DNA from: Eledone cirrhosa
Lineage: Eukaryota
Assembly: GCA_964016885.1 (NCBI GenBank)
Contig: OZ024741.1
Span: 398,164,001 to 398,228,000, forward strand
Direction of reading: 5' to 3'
Length of the DNA stretch: 64,000 bases
Part shown: one piece after another, positions 52,201-64,000 of the stretch
Numbering within the stretch: the stretch's first letter is position 1
How the letters are laid out: each line of letters starts with the position of its first letter
Notes under the pieces: model-generated
The model's database searches: none
Told to the model about the DNA's origin: nothing
Seen by the model: only the letters and a program-made list of their open reading frames with translations
Translations under genes and position numbers: made by a program

Positions 52201-55200
52201 AAAGGGTTAATATTACAGAATGACAGTGTGTCTCCTTAGCAATACTAGAACAAAAGGGTTAATATTACAGAATGACAGTGTGTTTCCTTAGCAATACTGG
52301 AACAAAAGGGTTAATATTACAGAATGACAGTGTGTCTCCTTAGCAATACTGGAACGAAAGGGTTAATATTACAGAATGACAGTGTGTCTCCTTAGCAATA
52401 CTGGAACAAAAGGGTTAATATTACAGAATGACAGTGTGTTTCCTTAGCAATACTGGAACAAAAGGGTTAATATTACAGAATGACAGTGTGCCTCCTTAGC
52501 AATACTGTAACAAAAGGGTTAATATTACAGAATGACAGTGTGTCTCCTTAGCAATACTGGAACAAAAGGGTTAATATTACAGAATGACAGTGTGTCTCCT
52601 TAGCAATACTGGAACAAAAGGGTTAATATTACAGAATGACAGTGTGTATCCTTAGCAATACTGGAACAAAAGGGTTAATATTACAGAATGGCAGTGTGTT
52701 TTTATAGCAATACTAGAACAAAAGGGTTAATATTACAGAATGGCAGTGTGTCTCCTTCGCAATACTGGAACAAAAGGGTTAATATTACAGAATAACAGTG
52801 TGTCTGCTTAGCAATATGGGAACAAAAGGGTTAATATTACAGAATGACAGTGTGTCTCCTTAGCAATACTGGAACAAAAGGGTTAATATTACAGTATGGC
52901 AGTGTGTCTCCTTAGCAATACTGGAACAAAAGGGTTAATATTACAGAATGGCAGTGTGTCTCCTTCGCAATACTGGAACAAAAGGGTTAATATTACAGAA
53001 TGACAGTGTGTCTGCTTAGCAATATGGGAACAAAAGGGTTAATATTACAGAATGACAGTGTGTCTCCTTAGCAATACTAGAACAAAAGGGTTAATATTAC
53101 AGAATGACAGTGTGTCTCTTTAACAATACTGGAACAAAAGGGTTAATATTACAGAATGACAGTGTGTCTCCTTAGCAATACTGGAACAAAAGGGTTGATA
53201 TTACAGAATGGCAGTGTGTTTCCTTAGCATTACTGGAACAAAAGGGTTAATATTACAGAATGACAGTGTGTTTCCTTAGCAATACTGGAAGAAAAGGGTT
53301 AATATTACAGAATGACAGTGTGTCTCCTTAGCAATACTGGAACAAAAGGGTTAATATTACAGAATGACAGTGTGTCTCCTTAGCTATACTGGAACAAAAG
53401 GGTTAATATTACAGAATGACAGTGTTTCCTTAGCAATACTGGAACAAGGGTTAATATTACAAAATGACAGTGTGTCTCCTTAGCAATACTGGAACAAAAG
53501 GGTTAATATTACAGAATGACAGTGTGTTTCCTTAGTAATACTAGAACAAAAGCGTTAATATTACAGAATGACAGTGTGTCTCCTTAGCAATACTAGAACA
53601 AAAGGGTTAATATTACAGAATGGCAGTGTGTCTCCTTAGCAATACTGGAACAAAAGGGTTAATATTACAGAATGACGGTGTGTCTCCTTAGCAATACTGG
53701 AACAAAAGGGTTAATATTACAGAATGATAGTGTGTCTCCTTAGCAATACTGGAACAAAAGGGTTAATATTACAGAATGACAGTGTGTCTCCTTAGCAATA
53801 CTGTAACAAAAGGGCCAATATTACAGAATGACAGTGTGTCTCCTTAGCAATACTGGAACAAAAGGGTTAATATTACAGAATGACAGTGTGTCTCCTTAGC
53901 AATACTGGAACAAAAGGGTTAATATTACAGAATGGCAGTGTGTCTCCTTAGCAATACTGGAACAAAAGGGTTAATATTACAGAATGACAGTGTGTCTCCT
54001 TAGCAAAACTAGAACAAAAGGGTTAATATTACAGAATGGCAGTGTGTCTCCTTAGCAATACTGGAACAAAAGGGTTAATATTACAGAATGTCAGTGTGTC
54101 TCCTTAGCAATACTGGAACAAAAGGGTTAATATTACAGAATGGCAGTGTGTTTTTATAGCAATACTAGAACAAAAGGGTTAATATTACAGAATGGCAGTG
54201 TGTCTCCTTCGCAATACTGGAACAAAAGGGTTAATATTACAGAATGGCAGTGTGTCTCCTTAGCAATACTGGAACAAAAGGGTTAATATCACAGAATGAC
54301 AGTGTGTCTCCTTAGCAATACTAGAACAAAAGGGTTAATATTACAGAATGACAGTGTGTCTCTTTAACAATGCTGGAACAAAAGGGTTAATATTACAGAA
54401 TGACAGTGTGTCTCCTTAGCAATACTAGAACAAAAGGGTTAATATTACAGAATGTCAGTGTGTCTCCTTAGCAATACTGGAACAAAAGGGTTAATATTAC
54501 AGAATGGCAGTGTGTTTTTATAGCAATACTAGAACAAAAGGGTTAATATTACAGAATGGCAGTGTGTCTCCTTCGCAATACTGGAACAAAAGGGTTAATA
54601 TTACAGAATGACAGTGTGTCTGCTTAGCAATATGGGAACAAAAGGGTTAATATTACAGAATGAAAAAGTGTCTCCTTAGCAATACTGGAATAAAAGGGTT
54701 AATATTAGAGAATGGCAGTGTGTTTTTATAGCAATACTAGAAGAAAAGGGTTAATATTACAGAATGGCAGTGTGTTTTTATAGCAATACTAGAACAAAAG
54801 GGTTAATATTACAGAATGGCAGTGTGTCTCCTTCGCAATACTGGAACAAAAGGGTTAATATTACAGAATGACAGTATGTCTCCTTAGCAATACTGGAACA
54901 AAAGTGTTAATATTACAGAATGACAGTGTGTCTCCTTAGCAATACTAGAACAAAAGGGTTAATATTACAGAATGACAGTGTGTCTCTTTAACAATACTGG
55001 AACAAAAGGGTTAATATTACAGAATGACAGTGTGTCTCCTTAGCAATACTGGAACAAAAGGGTTGATATTACAGAATGGCAGTGTGTTTCCTTAGCATTA
55101 CTGGAACAAAAGGGTTAATATTACAGAATGACAGTGTGTCTCCTTAGCAATACTGGAACAAAAGGGTTAATATTACAGAATGGCAGTGTGTCTCCTTAGC

Positions 55201-58200
55201 AATACTGGAACAAAAGGGTTAATATTACAGAATGGCAGTGTCTTTTTATAGCAATACTAGAACAAAAGGGTTAATATTACAGAATGGCAGTGTGTCTCCT
55301 TCGCAATACTGGAACAAAAGGGTTAATATTCCAGAATGACAGTGTGTCTGCTTAGCAATATGGGAACAAAAGGGTTAATATTACAGAATGACAGTGTGTC
55401 TCCTTAGCAATACTGGAACAAAAGGGTTAATATTACAGAATGACAGTGTGTCTCTTTAACAATACTGGAACAAAAGGGTTAATATTACAGAATGACAGTG
55501 TGTCTCTTTAACAATACTGGAACAAAAGGGTTAATATTACAGAATGACAGTGTGCCTCCTTAGCAATACTGTAACAAAAGGGTTAATATTACAGAATGAC
55601 AGTGTGTCTCCTTAGCAATACTGGAACAAAAGGGTTAATATTACAGAATGACAGTGTGTCTCCTTAGCAATACTGGAACGAAAGGGTTAATATTAGAGAA
55701 TGGCAGTGTGTATCCTTAGCAATACTGGAAGAAAAGGGTTAATATTACAGAATGGCAGTGTGTTTTTATAGCAATACTAGAACAAAAGGGTTAATATTAC
55801 AGAATGGCAGTGTGTCTCCTTCGCAATACTGGAACAAAAGGGTTAATATTACAGAATGACAGTGTGTCTGCTTAGCAATATGGGAACAAAAGGGTTAATA
55901 TTACAGAATGACAGTGTGTCTCCTTAGCAATACTGGAACAAAAGGGTTAATATTACAGTATGGCAGTGTGTCTCCTTAGCAATACTGGAACAAAAGGGTT
56001 AATATTACAGAATGGCAGTGTGTCTCCTTCGCAATACTGGAACAAAAGGGTTAATATTACAGAATGACAGTGTGTCTGCTTAGCAATATGGGAACAAAAG
56101 GGTTAATATTACAGAATGACAGTGTGTCTCCTTAGCAATACTAGAACAAAAGGGTTAATATTACAGAATGACAGTGTGTCTCTTTAACAATACTGGAACA
56201 AAAGGGTTAATATTACAGAATGACAGTGTGTCTCCTTAGCAATACTGGAACAAAAGGGTTGATATTACAGAATGGCAGTGTGTTTCCTTAGCATTACTGG
56301 AACAAAAGGGTTAATATTACAGAATGACAGTGTGTTTCCTTAGCAATACTGGAACAAAAGGGTTAATATTACAGAATGACAGTGTGTCTCCTTAGCAACA
56401 CTGGAACAAAAGGGTTAATATTACAGAATGACAGTGTGTCTCCTTAGCTATACTGGAACAAAAGGGTTAATATTACAGAATGACAGTGTTTCCTTAGCAA
56501 TACTGGAAAAAAAGGGTTAATATTACAAAATGACAGTGTGTCTCCTTAGCAATACTGGAACAAAAGGGTTAATATTACAGAATGACAGTGTGTTTCCTTA
56601 GTAATACTAGAACAAAAGCGTTAATATTACAGAATGACAGTGTGTCTCCTTAGCAATACTAGAACAAAAGGGTTAATATTACAGAATGGCAGTGTGTCTC
56701 CTTAGCAATACTGGAACAAAAGGGTTAATATTACAGAATGACGGTGTGTCTCCTTAGCAATACTGGAACAAAAGGGTTAATATTACAGAATGATAGTGTG
56801 TCTCCTTAGCAATACTGGAACAAAAGGGTTAATATTACAGAATGACAGTGTGTCTCCTTAGCAATACTGTAACAAAAGGGTTAATATTACAGAATGACAG
56901 TGTGTCTCCTTAGCAATACTGGAACAAAAGGGTTAATATTACAGAATGACAGTGTGTCTCCTTAGCAATACTGGAACAAAAGGGTTAATATTACAGAATG
57001 GCAGTGTGTCTCCTTAGCAATACTGGAACAAAAGGGTTAATATTACAGAATGACAGTGTGTCTCCTTAGCAAAACTAGAACAAAAGGGTTAATATTACAG
57101 AATGGCAGTGTGTCTCCTTAGCAATACTGGAACAAAAGGGTTAATATTACAGAATGTCAGTGTGTCTCCTTAGCAATACTGGAACAAAAGGGTTAATATT
57201 ACAGAATGGCAGTGTGTTTTTATAGCAATACTAGAACAAAAGGGTTAATATTACAGAATGGCAGTGTGTCTCCTTCGCAATACTGGAACAAAAGGGTTAA
57301 TATTACAGAATGGCAGTGTGTCTCCTTAGCAATACTGGAACAAAAGGGTTAATATCACAGAATGACAGTGTGTCTCCTTAGCAATACTAGAACAAAAGGG
57401 TTAATATTACAGAATGACAGTGGGTCTCTTTAACAATACTGGAACAAAAGGGTTAATATTACAGAATGACAGTGTGTCTCCTTAGCAATACTAGAACAAA
57501 AGGGTTAATATTATAGAATGGCAGTGTGTCTCCTTAGCAATACTGGAACAAAAGGGTTAATATTACAGAATGTCAGTGTGTCTCCTTAGCAATACTGGAA
57601 CAAAAGGGTTAATATTACAGAATGGCAGTGTGTTTTTATAGCAATACTAGAACAAAAGGGTTAATATTACAGAATGGCAGTGTGTCTCCTTCGCAATACT
57701 GGAACAAAAGGGTTAATATTACAGAATGACAGTGTGTCTGCTTAGCAATATGGGAACAAAAGGGTTAATATTACAGAATGAAAAAGTGTCTCCTTAGCAA
57801 TACTGGAACAAAAGGGTTAATATTAGAGAATGGCAGTGTGTTTTTATAACAATACTAGAACAAAAGGGTTAATATTACAGAATGGCAGTGTGTTTTTATA
57901 GCAATACTAGAACAAAAGGGTTAATATTACAGAATGGCAGTGTGTCTCCTTCGCAATACTGGAACAAAAGGGTTAATATTACAGAATGACAGTATGTCTC
58001 CTTAGCAATACTGGAACAAAAGGGTTAATATTACAGAATGACAGTGTGTCTCCTTAGCAATACTAGAACAAAAGGGTTAATATTACAGAATGACAGTGTG
58101 TCTCTTTAACAATACTGGAACAAAAGGGTTAATATTACAGAATGACTGTGTGTCTCCTTAGCAATACTGGAACAAAAGGGTTGATATTACAGAATGGCAG

Positions 58201-61200
58201 TGTGTTTCCTTAGCATTACTGGAACAAAAGGGTTAATATTACAGAATGACAGTGTGTCTCCTTAGCAATACTGGAACAAAAGGGTTAATATTACAGAATG
58301 GCAGTGTGTCTCCTTAGCAATACTGGAACAAAAGGGTTAATATTACAGAATGGCAGTGTGTTTTTATAGCAATACTAGAACAAAAGGGTTAATATTACAG
58401 AATGGCAGTGTGTCTCCTTCGCAATACTGGAACAAAAGGGTTAATATTCCAGAATGACAGTGTGTCTGCTTAGCAATATGGGAACAAAAGGGTTAATATT
58501 ACAGAATGACAGTGTGTCTCCTTAGCAATACTGGAACAAAAGGGTTAATATTACAGAATGACAGTGTGTCTCTTTAACAATACTGGAACAAAAGGGTTAA
58601 TATTACAGAATGACAGTGTGTCTCTTTAACAATACTGGAACAAAAGGGTTAATATTACAGAACGACAGTGTGGCTCCTTAGCAATACTAGAACAAAAGGG
58701 TTAATATTACAGAATGACAGTGTGTCTCTTTAACAATACTGGAACAAAAGGGTTAATATTACAGAATGACAGTGTGTCTCCTTAGCAATACTAGAACAAA
58801 AGGGTTAATATTACAGAATGGCAGTGTGTCTCCTTAGCAATACTGCAACAAAAGGGTTAATATTACAGAATGTCAGTGTGTCTCCTTAGCAATACTGGAA
58901 CAAAATCGTTAATATTACAGAATGGCAGTGTGTCTCCTTAGCAATACTGGAACAAAAGGGTTAATATTACAGAATGGCAGTGTGTTTTTATAGCAATACT
59001 GGAACAAAAGGGTTAATATTACAGAATGGCAGTGTGTCTCCTTCGCAATACTGGAACAAAAGGGTTAATATTACAGAATGACAGTGTGTCTGCTTAGCAA
59101 TATGGGAACAAAAGGGTTAATATTACAGAATGACAGTGTGTCTCCTTAGCAATACTGGAACAAAAGGGTTAATATTACAGTATGGCAGTGTGTCTCCTTA
59201 GCAATACTGGAACAAAAGGGTTAATATTACAGAATGGCAGTGTGTCTCCTTCGCAATACTGGAACAAAAGGGTTAATATTACAGAATGACAGTGTGTCTG
59301 CTTAGCAATATGGGAACAAAAGGGTTAATATTACAGAATGACAGTGTGTCTCCTTAGCAATACTAGAACAAAAGGGTTAATATTACAGAATGACAGTGTG
59401 TCTCTTTAACAATACTAGAACAAAAGGGTTAATATTATAGAATGACAGTGTGTCTCCTTAGCAATAATAGAACAAAAGATTAATATTACAGAATAGCAGT
59501 GTGTCTCCTTAGCAATACTGGAACAAAAGGGTTAATATTACAGAATGTCAGTGTGTCTCCTTAGCAATACTGGAACAAAAGGGTTAATATTACAGAATGT
59601 CAGTGTGTCTCCTTAGCAATACTGGAACAAAAGGGTTAATATTACAGAATGGCAGTGTGTTTTTATAGCAATACTAGAACAAAAGGGTTAATATTACAGA
59701 ATGACAGTGTGTCTCCTTAGCAATACTAGAACAAAAGGGTTAATATTACAGAATGACAGTGTGTCTGCTTTGCAATATGGGAACAAAAGGGTTAATATTA
59801 CAGAATGACAGTGTGTCTCCTTAGCAATACTAGAACAAAAGGGTTAATATTTAAGAATGACTGTGTCTCTTTAACAATACTGGAACAAAAGGGTTAATAT
59901 TACAGAATGACAGTGTGTCTCCTTAGCAATACTGTAACAAAAGGGTTAATATTACAGAATGACAGTGTGTTTCCTTAGCAATACTGGAACAAAAGGGTTA
60001 ATATTACAGAATGACAGTGTGTCTCCTTAGCAATACTGGAACGAAAGGGTTAATATTACAGAATGACAGTGTGTCTCCTTAGCAATACTGGAACAAAAGG
60101 GTTAATATTACAGAATGACAGTGTGTTTCCTTAGCAATACTGGAACAAAAGGGTTAATATTACAGAATGACAGTGTGCCTCCTTAGCAATACTGTAACAA
60201 AAGGGTTAATATTACAGAATGACAGTGTGTCTCCTTAGCAATACTGGAACAAAAGGGTTAATATTACAGAATGACAGTGTGTCTCCTTAGCAATACTGGA
60301 ACGAAAGGGTTAATATTACAGAATGGCAGTGTGTATCCTTAGCAATACTGGAACAAAAGGGTTAATATTACAGAATGGCAGTGTGTTTTTATAGCAATAC
60401 TAGAACAAAAGGGTTAATATTACAGAATGGCAGTGTGTCTCCTTCGCAATACTGGAACAAAAGGGTTAATATTACAGAATGACAGTGTGTCTGCTTAGCA
60501 ACATGGTAACAAAAGGGTTAATATTACAGAATGACAGTGTGTCTCCTTAGCAATACTGGAACAAAAGGGTTAATATTATAGTATGGCAGTGTGTCTCCTT
60601 AGCAATACTGGAACAAAAGGGTTAATATTACAGAATGGCAGTGTGTCTCCTTCGCAATACTGGAACAAAAGGGTTAATATTACAGAATGACAGTGTGTCT
60701 GCTTAGCAATATGGGAACAAAAGGGTTAATATTACAGAATGACAGTGTGTCTCCTTAGCAATACTAGAACAAAAGGGTTAATATTACAGAATGACAGTGT
60801 GTCTCTTTAACAATACTGGAACAAAAGGGTTAATATTACAGAATGACAGTGTGTCTCCTTAGCAATACTGGAACAAAAGGGTTGATATTACAGAATGGCA
60901 GTGTGTTTCCTTAGCATTACTGGAACAAAAGGGTTAATATTACAGAATGACAGTGTGTTTCCTTAGCAATACTGGAACAAAAGGGTTAATATTACAGAAT
61001 GACAGTGTGTCTCCTTAGCAATACTGGAACAAAAGGGTTAATATTACAGAATGACAGTGTGTCTCCTTAGCTATACTGGAACAAAAGGGTTAATATTACA
61101 GAATGACAGTGTTTCCTTAGCAATACTGGAACAAAAGGGTTAATATTACAAAATGACAGTGTGTCTCCTTAGCAATACTGGAACAAAAGGGTTAATATTA

Positions 61201-64000
61201 CAGAATGACAGTGTGTTTCCTTAGTAATACTAGAACAAAAGCGTTAATATTACAGAATGACAGTGTGTCTCCTTAGCAATACTAGAACAAAAGCGTTAAT
61301 ATTACAGAATGACAGTGTGTCTCCTTAGCAATACTGGAACAAAAGGGTTAATATTACAGAATAACGGTGTGTCTCCTTAGCAATACTGGAACAAAAGGGT
61401 TAATATTACAGAATGATAGTGTGTCTCCTTAGCAATACTGGAACAAAAGGGTTAATATTACAGAATGACAGTGTGTCTCCTTAGCAATACTGTAACAAAA
61501 GGGTTAATATTACAGAATGACAGTGTGTCTCCTTAGCAATACTGGAACAAAAGGGTTAATATTACAGAATGGCAGTGTGTCTCCTTAGCAATACTGGAAC
61601 AAAAGGGTTAATATTACAGAATGACAGTGTGTCTCCTTAGCAAAACTAGAACAAAAGGGTTAATATTACAGAATGGCAGTGTGTCTCCTTAGCAATACTG
61701 GAACAAAAGGGTTAATATTACAGAATGTCAGTGTGTCTCCTTAGCAATACTGGAACAAAAGGGTTAATATTACAGAATGGCAGTGTGTTTTTATAGCAAT
61801 ACTAGAACAAAAGGGTTAATATTACAGAATGGCAGTGTGTCTCCTTCGTAATACTGGAACAAAAGGGTTAATATTACAGAATGGCAGTGTGTCTCCTTAG
61901 CAATACTGGAACAAAAGGGTTAATATCACAGAATGACAGTGTGTCTCCTTAGCAATACTAGAAGAAAAGGGTTAATATTACAGAATGACAGTGTGTCTCT
62001 TTAACAATACTGGAACAAAAGGGTTAATATTACAGAATGACAGTGTGTCTCCTTAGCAATACTAGAACAAAAGGGTTAATATTACAGAATGGCAGTGTGT
62101 CTCCTTAGCAATACTGGAACAAAAGGGTTAATATTACAGAATGTCAGTGTGTCTCCTTAGCAATACTGGAACAAAAGGGTTAATATTACAGAATGGCAGT
62201 GTGTTTTTATAGCAATACTAGAACAAAAGGGTTAATATTACAGAATGGCAGTGTGTCTCCTTCGCAATACTGGAACAAAAGGGTTAATATTACAGAATGA
62301 CAGTGTGTCTGCTTAGCAATATGGGAACAAAAGGGTTAATATTACAGAATGAAAAAGTGTCTCCTTAGCAATACTGGAACAAAAGGGTTAATATTAGAGA
62401 ATGGCAGTGTGTTTTTATAGCAATACTAGAACAAAAGGGTTAATATTACAGAATGGCAGTGTGTTTTTATAGCAATACTAGAACAAACGGGTTAATATTA
62501 CAGAATGGCAGTGTGTCTCCTTCGCAATACTGGAACAAAAGGGTTAATATTACAGAATGACAGTATGTCTCCTTAGCAATACTGGAACAAAAGGGTTAAT
62601 ATTACAGAATGACAGTGTGTCTGCTTAGCAATACTAGAACAAAAGGGTTAATATTACAGAATGACAGTGTGTCTCTTTAACAATACTGGAACAAAAGGGT
62701 TAATATTACAGAATGACAGTGTGTCTCCTTAGCAATACTAGAACAAAAGGGTTAATATTACAGAATGACAGTGTGTCTCTTTAACAATACTGGAACAAAA
62801 GGGTTAATATTACAGAATGAAAGTGTGTCTCCTTAGCAATACTGGAACAAAAGGGTTGATATTACAGAATGACAGTGTGTCTCCTTAGCAATACTGGAAC
62901 AAAAGGGTTAATATTACAGAATGGCAGTGTGTCTCCTTAGCAATACTGGAACAAAAGGGTTAATATTACAGAATGACAGTGTGTCTCCTTAGCAAAACTA
63001 GAACAAAAGGGTTAATATTACAGAATGGCAGTGTGTCTCCTTAGCAATACTGGAACAAAAGGGTTAATATTACAGAATGTCAGTGTGTCTCCTTAGCAAT
63101 ACTGGAACAAAAGGGTTAATATTACAGAATGGCAGTGTGTTTTTATAGCAATACTAGAACAAAAGGGTTAATATTACAGAATGGCAGTGTGTCTCCTTCG
63201 CAATACTGGAACAAAAGGGTTAATATTACAGAATGGCAGTGTGTCTCCTTAGCAATACTGGAACAAAAGGGTTAATATCACAGAATGACAGTGTGTCTCC
63301 TTAGCAATACTAGAACAAAAGGGTTAATATTACAGAATGTCAGTGTGTCTCTTTAACAATACTGGAACAAAAGGGTTAATATTACAGAATGACAGTGTGT
63401 TTTTATAGCAATACTAGAACAAAAGGGTTAATATTACAGAATGGCAGTGTGTCTCCTTCGCAATACTGGAACAAAAGGGTTAATATTACAGAATGACAGT
63501 GTGTCTGCTTAGCAATATGGGAACAAAAGGGTTAATATTACAGAATGAAAAAGTGTCTCCTTAGCAATACTGGAACAAAAGGGTTAATATTAGAGAATGG
63601 CAGTGTGTTTTTATAACAATACTAGAACAAAAGGGTTAATATTACAGAATGGCAGTGTGTTTTTATAGCAATACTAGAACAAAAGGGTTAATATTACAGA
63701 ATGGCAGTGTGTCTCCTTCGCAATACTGGAACAAAAGGGTTAATATTACAGAATGACAGTATGTCTCCTTAGCAATACTGGAACAAAAGGGTTAATATTA
63801 CAGAATGACAGTGTGTCTCCTTAGCAATACTAGAACAAAAGGGTTAATATTACAGAATGACAGTGTGTCTCTTTAACAATACTGGAACAAAAGGGTTAAT
63901 ATTACAGAATGACTGTGTGTCTCCTTAGCAATACTGGAACAAAAGGGTTGATATTACAGAATGGCAGTGTGTTTCCTTAGCATTACTGGAACAAAAGGGT
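10264..64000. repeat. 52-bp satellite array, ~1,030 head-to-tail monomers, continuing past the window end
   Basis: Consensus ACAGAATGACAGTGTGTCTCCTTAGCAATACTGGAACAAAAGGGTTAATATT. Period 52 (gacagtg at 10271 and 10323). No insertions or inversions were seen, and there are no ORFs. Confidence 0.99.

Noticed and set aside
10264-64000. CRISPR-like array or repeat-encoded protein
   Set aside because: There are no unique spacers (variants are point mutants of one unit) and no cas genes. A 52-bp period cycles through all frames, and both strands contain stop codons.

Overview
Eukaryotic, AT-rich, repeat-dominated DNA with no host gene that I can support. The SINE, RTE and MITE family mix suggests a cephalopod (Octopus-like) genome; this is an inference from recalled families, not a search. 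Bases 1-10,260 are a mosaic of mobile-element remains: three copies of a tRNA-type SINE; a piggyBac-like MITE remnant ending in CAAAAGGG|TTAA; a Penelope-like terminal fragment carrying a minimal type I hammerhead ribozyme (2374-2429, minus strand); a near-full-length RTE-clade LINE (minus strand; APE endonuclease, RT and an embedded C4HC3 PHD-like finger) broken by two homopolymer frameshifts and a probable internal deletion; a ~505-bp fold-back palindrome of another RTE 3' end; a 97-bp minisatellite made from RTE coding sequence; and several microsatellites. Bases 10,264-64,000 (runs off the window) are one uninterrupted 52-bp satellite of about 1,030 copies. Its monomer appears to be the terminal segment of a piggyBac-type MITE including the TTAA site, and it shows nested higher-order duplications of about 1.2, 1.77, 3.7, 4.7 and 6.0 kb.
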